Source: Candidatus Aldehydirespirator sp. (GTDB lineage Bacteria > Actinomycetota > Acidimicrobiia > Acidimicrobiales > Aldehydirespiratoraceae). Taken from it: 64,000 bases of DNA. A model generated the notes under the pieces. The model was not told where the DNA came from. It searched no databases and saw nothing but the letters and a program-made list of their open reading frames with translations. A program made the translations under genes and the position numbers. Location of the stretch: NCBI GenBank assembly GCA_965220645.1, contig OZ244836.1, forward strand, positions 3,072,335 to 3,136,334, read 5' to 3'. Every line of letters starts with the position of its first letter. Position 1 is the stretch's first letter. This document shows positions 33,067 through 40,877 of this stretch, piece by piece.

Positions 33067-34601
33067 TAGCGGACTGCTACGTCGACAGTGTGCGGCTGCT
33101 GGAGGCCACCCGGGCGATGCGCGAGGCGACCGGCGTGGACCGGGCCTGGGCGCTGATGGCCACTCCGGCCAATCTCGATGCCCTGGCCGCCGAGGGCCTG
33201 ACCGATCAGCTCAGCGGCGCGGCGGCGAACGACCTGGTCCTGGCAGTCAGAGGATCCGGCGATGAGCTGACCGCAGCCCTGGAGGCGGGACGGCGCATGC
33301 TGTTCGAAGCGACCGAGCCCGGCGGCGCAGCTCACTCAATGCCGGCGGGGACGCGCCCTGCCAGCCTCGACGACGCTCTGGCCGAGGCTCCCGATGCCAA
33401 CGTCGCCATCGTCTCGGTCCCCGGTCCGTATGCGGCCCTGGAGGCCCACAAGGCCCTGACCCGCGGCCTCGACGTTCTGCTGTTCAGCGACAACGTGCCC
33501 CTGGCCGACGAGATCGGTCTGAAGCAACGGGCGTGCTCTCTGGGCCGGCTGGTGATGGGCCCGGGCGCTGGCACTGCAGCACTAGGTGGCATTGGGCTCG
33601 GCTTCTCGAACCGGGTGGCACCAGGGCCGGTGGGGGTGGTCGCGGCCGCGGGCACGGGCGCCCAGGAGGCCATGACCCTGCTCGACCGCTGGGGATCGGG
33701 GGTCTCCCATGTGGTCGGAGTGGGAGGCCGCGACCTGTCCGAAGCGGTCGGAGGGCTGATGGCCGAGGCCGCCATGGATGCCCTAGACGGTGACGCCGGC
33801 ACCGAGTTGACGTTGCTGGTGTCCAAGCCGCCCGCTGCTGGCGTGGCCGAGCGCCTGCTGAGCAAGCCCAGGAACAAGCCGATCGTGGCCGCGCTGATCG
33901 GGCTGGGGACACCGGTGGCCGCACCGGATGGCGTGACGGTGTGCAACACGCTCGAGCAGGGCGTGGTGGAGGCGCAGGCCCGACTCGCTCAACCCGGCGG
34001 AGACCCGCTCGGTTCCATCGACGCGGAGATCGCCGCACTGACTACACACCTCGACCCGTCCAGAAAGCGGATGGTGGGGCTGTTCAGCGGGGGCACCCTG
34101 GCCTACGAGGCAATGACCATCACCAGCCGCCACATTGGCTCCGTGTTCTCGAACACGCCGCTGGAGGCGGCATGGGCGCTGCCTGCGCCCCCCGACGGCC
34201 ACCTGTGCCTCGACCTGGGTGAGGAGGAGTACACCCGGGGGCGCCCCCACCCCATGATCGATCCCGAGGCAAGGCTCGAACTGCTGCGTGACCAGGCTTC
34301 GGACCCGAGCGTGGCTGTCGTGTTGCTCGATGTGGTGATCGGCGACGGCTCCCATCCGGACCCCGCCGCCATGCTCGCTCCGACCGCGGCGGAGATTGTC
34401 AAGTCGGGCGCGGCCGTCGTGGCCTACGTGCTGGGCACCGACCGGGATCCCCAAGGCTTCGAGCGGCAGCGATCAATCATGCGCGAGTCGGGATGCGTCG
34501 TGGCCGAGACGAACGCCCGGGCCGCCCTGGCCGCGGCCGCGCTCGTGAACCGCGACCCCGCGCTCGTCCATCACGACTTGGCGACCTCGTTCACGGTGTG
34601 A
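33048..34601 (+). CDS. fdrA: FdrA family protein (succinyl-CoA-synthetase-alpha-like)
   Basis: The N-terminus CYVDSVRLLEATRAM, a CoA-ligase-like glycine-rich region (VVAAAGTGAQE) and the 517-aa length are typical of FdrA. Confidence 0.85.
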   Translation: MMRTEVVADCYVDSVRLLEATRAMREATGVDRAWALMATPANLDALAAEGLTDQLSGAAANDLVLAVRGSGDELTAALEAGRRMLFEATEPGGAAHSMPAGTRPASLDDALAEAPDANVAIVSVPGPYAALEAHKALTRGLDVLLFSDNVPLADEIGLKQRACSLGRLVMGPGAGTAALGGIGLGFSNRVAPGPVGVVAAAGTGAQEAMTLLDRWGSGVSHVVGVGGRDLSEAVGGLMAEAAMDALDGDAGTELTLLVSKPPAAGVAERLLSKPRNKPIVAALIGLGTPVAAPDGVTVCNTLEQGVVEAQARLAQPGGDPLGSIDAEIAALTTHLDPSRKRMVGLFSGGTLAYEAMTITSRHIGSVFSNTPLEAAWALPAPPDGHLCLDLGEEEYTRGRPHPMIDPEARLELLRDQASDPSVAVVLLDVVIGDGSHPDPAAMLAPTAAEIVKSGAAVVAYVLGTDRDPQGFERQRSIMRESGCVVAETNARAALAAAALVNRDPALVHHDLATSFTV

Positions 34602-35770
34602 CCCTGCCGGCGCGTATCGCCATCGCCACCTACTCGGTCAGGCCTCGTGGCGGGGCCGTGCACAGCGTGGAACTGGCCGAAGCCCTGGCGGAGGAGGGAG
34701 TCGACGTGACCCTCATCGCCCTGGGCGACCCGGCTGAGGGCTTCTTCCGTCCCACCACGGTGCCGGTGCACATCGTCGAAGCCCCACCCCGGACCGGAAC
34801 CCTGACCGACCGGGTCTTCTCTCACATCGAAGCCCTGACATCGGGGCTGACCGGGCTCGGGGGCCGCTTCGACATCGTGCACACGCAGGACTGCATCTCG
34901 GCCAGAGCCGCGGCCCGGGTTCGCGATCGTGGGGCGGGGTTCCGGGTGTTCCGCACGGTGCACCACATTGATGACTTCACAACCCCGGCGCTGATCGAGT
35001 GCCAGGACGCGGCCATCACCGAGCCGGACCGTGTGCTGGTGGTGAGCGAGCCGTGGAGGAGGCGCCTTCTCGACGACTACGGCGTGACAGCGGCAGTGGT
35101 AACCAACGGGGTGAGGGTGGAGCGGTTCGCCGGCGCGACGCGGTCTCCGGACGAGCGCGACTCCCTGCGGTCCCGGATCTCCGCCGGGGGGCGCCACCTG
35201 TACCTGACGGTGGGGGGCATCGAGCCCCGGAAGGGATCGCGCTATCTGGTCGAGGCGCTGGGTCTGCTCAAGGCCATGCCGGGCCCACCCCCGATGCTGG
35301 CGGTGGTGGGCGGGCACTCCTTCCAGGACTACCAGGCCTACCGCGACGAGGTGCTCGGGTCGCTGGACTCCCATGGCTTGCGTCTAGGAGACGACATGGT
35401 GCTGGTCGGAACGGTCCCCGACGTCGAGTTGCCCGGATGGTTCGGCGCCGCCGACAGCTTCGTGTTCCCGTCGATCAGTGAAGGCTGGGGTTTGGTGATT
35501 CTGGAGGCTCTGGCCGCCGGGCTGCCGGTGGTGGCCTCTGATATCGAGGTCTTCGGTCAGTTCCTGACCCACGACACCGACGCGTTGCTGACCGAGGCGG
35601 CCAACCCGGCCTCGCTGGCGGCCGGCATGGCCCGGGTGCGGGACGACCCCGATCTGGTGCGCCGGCTGCGGGCCAACGGGGCGGCAACCGCCGGCCGCTA
35701 CTCGTGGGCCAGCACCGCCCGACGCCACATGGAGTTGTACGCCGAGGCGCACGCCCCCTCCCGAAATTGA
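34598..35770 (+). CDS. GT4-family glycosyltransferase (MSMEG_0565-like)
   Basis: The N-terminus is RIAIATYSVRPRGGAVHSVELAEAL. The C-terminal motif is PSISEGWGLVILEALAAGLPVVASD. The GTG at 34598 overlaps the fdrA stop (GTGA). Confidence 0.85.
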   Translation: MTLPARIAIATYSVRPRGGAVHSVELAEALAEEGVDVTLIALGDPAEGFFRPTTVPVHIVEAPPRTGTLTDRVFSHIEALTSGLTGLGGRFDIVHTQDCISARAAARVRDRGAGFRVFRTVHHIDDFTTPALIECQDAAITEPDRVLVVSEPWRRRLLDDYGVTAAVVTNGVRVERFAGATRSPDERDSLRSRISAGGRHLYLTVGGIEPRKGSRYLVEALGLLKAMPGPPPMLAVVGGHSFQDYQAYRDEVLGSLDSHGLRLGDDMVLVGTVPDVELPGWFGAADSFVFPSISEGWGLVILEALAAGLPVVASDIEVFGQFLTHDTDALLTEAANPASLAAGMARVRDDPDLVRRLRANGAATAGRYSWASTARRHMELYAEAHAPSRN

Positions 35771-35810
35771 TGCGGATGTTGGACCTCACGGGTCGTCATC
35801 TGCATCAATT
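35765..35810. terminator. hairpin between convergent genes (AAATT-hairpin family)
   Basis: AATTGATGCGGATG (35765-35778) pairs with CATCTGCATCAATT (35797-35810) with one mismatch. The stop codons of both flanking genes (35768-35770 plus strand, 35805-35807 minus strand) lie inside the arms. Confidence 0.55.
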
Positions 35811-36497
35811 CCGAGCCGGTCGGGACAGCAGGGTGCCGGTGACCAGGGCCAGCGTCGCCCAGGCCGCGGCCAGTCCGCCCAGCGAGGCCAGACGGAAACG
35901 CCACACCAGGTCGGTGGGCGCGTCGACGGGGTCGGGACTGCCGGGCAGGGCCACGAAGATCACCGCCAGCCCGGCGGCATAGAACGCGGCTGTCGCCCAC
36001 GCCTTCGCCACCGGGGCCAGATCGACTCCCCGATGGAACCGCCACACGGCCCAGGTCAACAGGATCGAGAGAGCCAGCACCGCGAAGTAGAGCAGGGTGC
36101 GCTCGTTGACGGTGTCGGGGTCGCCGACTGCCGGCGGGTTGGCCGGATACTTCAGGAAGGGCACCAGTACCACGGCCACAAACCCGAAGAACCCCAGCCC
36201 AACCGAGGCCGCCAGAGGCGTGGACGCGGCCAGCCGGGGCCCCACCGCGGCGAGCACGACCGCGAACATGACACCCAGGGCCAGCCCGAACACGACCAGC
36301 CCGATCGCCCCTCCGATCTCCTGCACGCCCCGCCCGAAGAGATCCTCGTGATGGGCGCCGCTGGTGGCGTGGCTGATGCTGTCCTCCAATGCGATGGCGT
36401 CCCGTATCGGTCCCCGACCGGCGGTTGCCGCGAACAGGGCCGACGCCACCCCGGCGGCCAGACCGGCCAGGCAGCCGACCCCGAGGATCCGCTTCAT
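35805..36497 (-). CDS. cbtA: cobalt transporter subunit CbtA
   Basis: A multi-TM protein with the CbtA-like pattern (SGAHHEDLFGRGVQE, FLKYPANPPAVGDPDT). It follows cbtB after 16 nt. Confidence 0.8.
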   Translation of the reverse strand: MKRILGVGCLAGLAAGVASALFAATAGRGPIRDAIALEDSISHATSGAHHEDLFGRGVQEIGGAIGLVVFGLALGVMFAVVLAAVGPRLAASTPLAASVGLGFFGFVAVVLVPFLKYPANPPAVGDPDTVNERTLLYFAVLALSILLTWAVWRFHRGVDLAPVAKAWATAAFYAAGLAVIFVALPGSPDPVDAPTDLVWRFRLASLGGLAAAWATLALVTGTLLSRPARN

Positions 36498-36513
36498 GGA
36501 GCGGGCCGTGCGC

Positions 36514-36717
36514 TCAGTGGCAGGGGACGCCCGCGAAGTGACGGCCGTCGTGGAAGAACTCGTGGAGCGTCCCGGCGACATGGCTGAGCACGACGCCGTT
36601 CTCGAGCATCACGAAGTAGGAGGCCACCGCAGCGAGCGCGACGAGCGCCCAGGCCCATACCGGGACGTCAACCTCTGGAATGGCTGGCGCGACGGAGGGA
36701 AGGGCGTGCGTTTCCAT
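36514..36717 (-). CDS. cbtB: cobalt transporter subunit CbtB
   Basis: 67 aa with one TM helix and the C-terminal motif HEFFHDGRHFAGVPCH that is characteristic of CbtB. Confidence 0.8.
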   Translation of the reverse strand: METHALPSVAPAIPEVDVPVWAWALVALAAVASYFVMLENGVVLSHVAGTLHEFFHDGRHFAGVPCH

Positions 36718-36799
36718 GAGTTCAGTGTCGCACAAGACAGGAGCCGCTACCAATACCGCCGCCGGCGACGGCGACGGCGACCCGTGGCTGTCGGGCTCA

Positions 36800-38248
36800 T
36801 CAAGACTCCCGTGTACCCGTGGATAGCAGGGCCTCGCCGGCAAGGTCCGTAGATGCCCAAGACTCGTCGAACCCGCAGCGCAGCCGCGTGGCGGGGTCAT
36901 CGACTTGGGCCGGTTGAAGATCCCACAGCAGTGCGGGTCGGGTGCCGTGCCAGCGCACCGAATACGACAGCACGCCGTGGCGGGTCACCAGCGAACGGGC
37001 GTCGATGGAGGCTCCCCTCCACGCTTCGGGCGGTGCGGGCAGCATCACGAGATGATCGGCGGCCTCAGCGACCAGGCAATCCAGCAAGGCCTCGGCTCCG
37101 GCGAGGCCGTCACCGCCGAACGCGACGCCGTCCCGGACGGCGGCCGTGAGGCTGTCGCCGGTCACAACTGTTCGCGGCATCGAGGCCGGCGCAGGCGTCC
37201 TGGCCAGCAGGCGGCGAGCGTCGCGGGCCGCCGCGGGCGCCTCCGTTTCCAGGACGGCAGCCACCTGTTCCAGCGTGAGCGGATCGAGGCATTCGCCCGC
37301 GGCCGCAGCCAGAGGACCGGCCAGGTCTGCCAGTCCCGAGGCCCGACCGGTTCGCAGCCGGCGCGATGCCAGGGCCCGCAGCGCCGCGGTGGCCGAAGTC
37401 GACGGCAGCAGTGAGCGTTCGGCCGCGCCTACCAGCGCCACCCTGGCCCTGTCGGCCTCATCGGGCAGGCCCACCCGGTCGAGCACAACCGCGGCCCGTG
37501 CCACCGCCGCGGGCTCCGAACAGCCCGCAACCAGGATCGACGCTGCGATCCCCCGCCGCCAGGCCCGCACGGCAGTGTCGTCGGGCAGTTCCACCGAAGC
37601 AGCCCGCTCCACCACAGCCCGCCAGCCGGCCGCGATCTCCTCCGGTGAGCTGCCGGCCACCGGATCGCCCGCAACATCGACGGTTACCCGCAACGGCACC
37701 TGAGGAGCCAGCGGGACGACCGCCGCGGCCGCGGCCAGCCCATCACGGCTTCGGGCCTCGCAATCCCCCGCGGGTGGCTCGGCCCGCACGGCCCGCCATA
37801 CCTCACCGTCGTCGACAGCTGCCGCCCCTCCCGGTGCACGTGGAAGGCTCACCGCGACCTGACCATCGACCAGCAGCCGCGATCCCTTCACCGCGGCGGT
37901 GTTGATCGACCCGGTCACACCGACGGCCAGACTCACCGGCATGGGCGTGTCGTTCATGAACTCCAGCACCACCGCCCGGCCTCCCGTGTCGCGCCCCGCC
38001 CCGGCCCTCAGCACCACATCGCCGCCGGGCACTCTCATGTGCGTCGCGGTGACCGGCATGTCGTCGATCAGATGGGCGCGCACCGCCGTCTCCTCTGCCG
38101 CGACATGCCAGCGATCCTCGGCTCCCACGGCCCAGCCCACTCGCCACCCAGCGCCGACCGGAGCCACCGTTCCCGACCGGTCCACCGCGGCCACCGGCCC
38201 GTCGAGGTCTCCGAGCAGCTCCTCTAGCCGAGAGTCCTGCGACGTCAC
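36800..38248 (-). CDS. hypothetical Ala-rich protein (482 aa)
   Basis: A long ORF whose GTG start overlaps the gpsA stop (GTGA). I recognise no domain. It is kept because of translational coupling and the lack of a better ORF on either strand. Confidence 0.6.
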   Translation of the reverse strand: MTSQDSRLEELLGDLDGPVAAVDRSGTVAPVGAGWRVGWAVGAEDRWHVAAEETAVRAHLIDDMPVTATHMRVPGGDVVLRAGAGRDTGGRAVVLEFMNDTPMPVSLAVGVTGSINTAAVKGSRLLVDGQVAVSLPRAPGGAAAVDDGEVWRAVRAEPPAGDCEARSRDGLAAAAAVVPLAPQVPLRVTVDVAGDPVAGSSPEEIAAGWRAVVERAASVELPDDTAVRAWRRGIAASILVAGCSEPAAVARAAVVLDRVGLPDEADRARVALVGAAERSLLPSTSATAALRALASRRLRTGRASGLADLAGPLAAAAGECLDPLTLEQVAAVLETEAPAAARDARRLLARTPAPASMPRTVVTGDSLTAAVRDGVAFGGDGLAGAEALLDCLVAEAADHLVMLPAPPEAWRGASIDARSLVTRHGVLSYSVRWHGTRPALLWDLQPAQVDDPATRLRCGFDESWASTDLAGEALLSTGTRES

Positions 38249-39249
38249 CGGCGGGCTTCGCTGGTGGGTGGCCGGTCGAGCAATGCTCGGTAGGCCGCGG
38301 TGGCGGGGCGGCCGTCCTCGATAACGGCCCGAACCTCCTCGGTGATCGGCATGACCACACCCAGCGAGCGGGCCAGCGACGCCACCACCGGGGTGGACTT
38401 CACGCCTTCGGCCACCTGGTCCATGGACGCCACGATCTCAGCGATGGACTCGCCCCGCCCCAGGCGCTCGCCCACATGGCGGTTGCGGCTCTGAGCGCTG
38501 ACGCAGGTGGCCACAATGTCGCCGATCCCGGCCAGGCCCGCGAACGTCAACGGGTCTCCACCGAGAGCCACACCCAGACGGGTCACCTCGGCCAGGCCCC
38601 GCGTGATGAGCGCGGCCCGGGTGTTGTCTCCGGACCCCAGCCCATCCGAGATGCCGGCGGCCAGAGCGATCACGTTCTTCGTGGCGCCTGCGATCTCAGC
38701 CCCGACGACGTCGGTGTTGGTGTACACCCGGAAGTCGCCGGCGCAGAACGTGTCCCGCAGTTGGTCGGCCAGCGGCCCGTCGGCCGGTGCCATGGCCAGA
38801 ACGGCCGCGGCGGCGTGCCCCGCCAAGATCTCCTTGGCCAGGTTCGGGCCCGTCAGCACCCCGACCGGGCAACCGGGGAGCTCGTCCGCCACCACCTCGG
38901 TCATTCGCTTGCGGGTGTGCGCTTCCAGGCCCTTGGTGAGCGACACGACCGGTGTCCGGTCGCCTACGTGGGGACGCAGCAGCCGCAGCATTTCGCGGAA
39001 CCCGTGGGAGGGCACGCCCATCACCACCGCTTCGGCACCGTCGACCGCCTCGCCGATGTCGGCGGTAGCCCGTAGATCAGGATGCAGCGTCCGGCCCGGC
39101 AGGTATCGGGGGTTCTCGCCGATCGAGTTGACAGCGTCGGCCACGGCCGGGTCGCGGGCGTACAGGACCGTGGGGGCATTGTGAGCGCAGAGATGAGCGA
39201 CAGTGGTGCCCCACGACCCGCCCCCGATCACCGAGACCCGGACGTTCAC
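38245..39249 (-). CDS. gpsA: NAD(P)H-dependent glycerol-3-phosphate dehydrogenase
   Basis: VIGGGSWGTTVA, NPRYLPG, KGLE and the C-terminal GpsA pattern are present. Confidence 0.93.
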   Translation of the reverse strand: MNVRVSVIGGGSWGTTVAHLCAHNAPTVLYARDPAVADAVNSIGENPRYLPGRTLHPDLRATADIGEAVDGAEAVVMGVPSHGFREMLRLLRPHVGDRTPVVSLTKGLEAHTRKRMTEVVADELPGCPVGVLTGPNLAKEILAGHAAAAVLAMAPADGPLADQLRDTFCAGDFRVYTNTDVVGAEIAGATKNVIALAAGISDGLGSGDNTRAALITRGLAEVTRLGVALGGDPLTFAGLAGIGDIVATCVSAQSRNRHVGERLGRGESIAEIVASMDQVAEGVKSTPVVASLARSLGVVMPITEEVRAVIEDGRPATAAYRALLDRPPTSEARR

Positions 39250-39365
39250 AACCGCAACCGTAGAGGCCGAGCGGATGGAGAGCGACTCAGAAGAAGGGCT
39301 CTGACGCGTTCGCGCTCGCTCATAGACTCGCCCCGATCATCGAACGGAACGCCCGGAGGCACCCG

Positions 39366-39992
39366 GTGGTATTGATGGAAGTCCCTAGCGAGCCCGCGAC
39401 CGCGGTGATCGTGCCGATCCGCTCATTCGACGGAGCCCTGTCACGGCTCGCCAGCATCCTCGGCCAGCCCGGCTGCCGGGATCTGATGCGCGTGATGGCG
39501 AGCCGAGTGGTGGCCGCGGCCGACGGGCTGCCGGTACACGTGGTCACCGACGACGGCAATGTGGCCGCCTGGGCCGCCGGCTTGGGCGCGGCCGTCGTGC
39601 CCGCCGGTCGTCCCGGCCTGACCAGCGCAGTATCGGTGGCCGTCGATCACCTGGCCTCGGCGGGATTCGAGCGCGCCGTGGTAGCCCACGCCGACCTGCC
39701 CTTGGCCCGCACCCTGCGGCCCGCGGTCGGCCCCGGGCTGACAATCGTGCCCGACCGGCAGCGAGACGGCTCCAATGTCGTGTGTGTGCCCACCGCGGTC
39801 GGCTTCCGCTTCTCCTACGGTCCGGACTCCTTCAGCCGGCACGTGGCCGAGGCCGAGCGGCTGGGGCTGGCCGTGACGGTTGTGGAGGACGGCGCCCTGG
39901 CCGCGGACATCGACCACCCCGAGGACCTGCTGGCACTGCCCGCCGCAGACCGCCTCGCCCTGGGCCTCGATGGGCTCGCCGTCAGCCCGTGA
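39366..39992 (+). CDS. fbiD: 2-phospho-L-lactate / phosphoenolpyruvate guanylyltransferase (CofC/FbiD)
   Basis: AVIVPIRSFDGALSRL and a MobA-like fold are present. It is divergent from gpsA, as in mycobacteria. GGAGG lies 7 nt before the GTG at 39366. Confidence 0.8.
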   Translation: MVLMEVPSEPATAVIVPIRSFDGALSRLASILGQPGCRDLMRVMASRVVAAADGLPVHVVTDDGNVAAWAAGLGAAVVPAGRPGLTSAVSVAVDHLASAGFERAVVAHADLPLARTLRPAVGPGLTIVPDRQRDGSNVVCVPTAVGFRFSYGPDSFSRHVAEAERLGLAVTVVEDGALAADIDHPEDLLALPAADRLALGLDGLAVSP

Positions 39993-40720
39993 CCACCGTC
40001 GATGTGGCCGTGCCCGCCCGGGCTCTCGCGATCGGCGCCCACCCCGACGACATCGAGTTCGGCTGCGGGGCGACGCTGGTCAAATGGGCCGACGCCGGCT
40101 GCGAGGTGAGCCTGCTGGTCTGCACCGACGGCTCCAAGGGAACCTGGGACGCCGACGCCGACATCGCGGCCCTGGTGGCCCGCCGCCAGCAGGAGCAGGC
40201 CGAGTCGGCCCGCCGACTCGGTGCCCGCGGCGAGGTGCGCTTCCTGGGCGAGGTGGACGGCGAGCTGGAGGTGACCATGGCTCTGCGCAGCCGGATGGCC
40301 AAGGTCATCCGGGAGCTGCGCCCCGATGTGGTGCTGGGGCACGACCCGTTCACGCGCTGGCGCCTCCATCCCGACCATCGGGCCGCCGGGTTCTTGTGCA
40401 TGGACGCGCTGGTTGCGGCCCGCGACGCCCACTTCTTCCCCGAGCACGGCGTCCCCAACCATCGCCCGGCCGAGCTGCTGCTGTTCGAGTGCGAGGACCC
40501 CGATCACGTCGAGCAGGTGGCCGAGGCCCAGATCGAGGCCAAGGTGAGCGCCCTGCTGGCCCACGAAAGCCAGTACGTGAGCACCCACCGCATCGACCCG
40601 GAGGACGACGGCACCGGCAAGGCCGAGTTCCGGGCCAGCATCTTCGAGAAGTGCCGCGCCGCGGGGCGCAGGGCAGGCCTGACCTACGGCGAGGCATTCA
40701 AGCGCGTCGAGCGCGTTTAG
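39989..40720 (+). CDS. PIG-L (LmbE-like) family deacetylase
   Basis: ALAIGAHPDDIEFGCGATL...HPDHRAAG are PIG-L motifs. The GTG start overlaps the fbiD stop (GTGA). Confidence 0.85.
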   Translation: MTTVDVAVPARALAIGAHPDDIEFGCGATLVKWADAGCEVSLLVCTDGSKGTWDADADIAALVARRQQEQAESARRLGARGEVRFLGEVDGELEVTMALRSRMAKVIRELRPDVVLGHDPFTRWRLHPDHRAAGFLCMDALVAARDAHFFPEHGVPNHRPAELLLFECEDPDHVEQVAEAQIEAKVSALLAHESQYVSTHRIDPEDDGTGKAEFRASIFEKCRAAGRRAGLTYGEAFKRVERV

Positions 40721-40800
40721 GGGCTGCGCGGATAGGTGAGACTCCGTCGGGTCGCAGCGGTGTCATTCCCGCTCTTGTTCGCTGCGCTCACGGGCCGCTC
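40716..40800. mobile_element. MITE-like dispersed repeat, copy B (3' part diverged)
   Basis: The terminal repeat TTTAGGGGCTGCGCGGATAGG (40716-40736) contains the TAG stop of the PIG-L gene. The core CCCGCTCTTGTTCGCTGCGCTCACGGGCCGCTCGGGC follows it. Confidence 0.7.
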
Positions 40801-40877
40801 GGGCACGCGTCGGCCACGCGGGGCAGCAACTCCCGCAGCGTAGGGCGGCTGCGTCCAGGCGCTACCGTCGGCACGGC

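Noticed and set aside
14336-36717. A search for the nitrilase (Glu-Lys-Cys triad, carbon-nitrogen hydrolase fold) and the FAD monooxygenase expected in a Nit1C-type cluster.
   Set aside because: No ORF on either strand in the window shows these features. Their absence is reported as part of the supercluster finding rather than as a feature. They could lie outside the window.
36718-36799. A possible cobalamin riboswitch upstream of cbtB. cbtAB operons are often B12-riboswitch controlled.
   Set aside because: The intergenic space is only 82 nt. I could not find the B12-box (GCCACTG-type) or the conserved GGGAA/GGTG core. A CTTGATGAG string nearby lacks the other hammerhead core elements.
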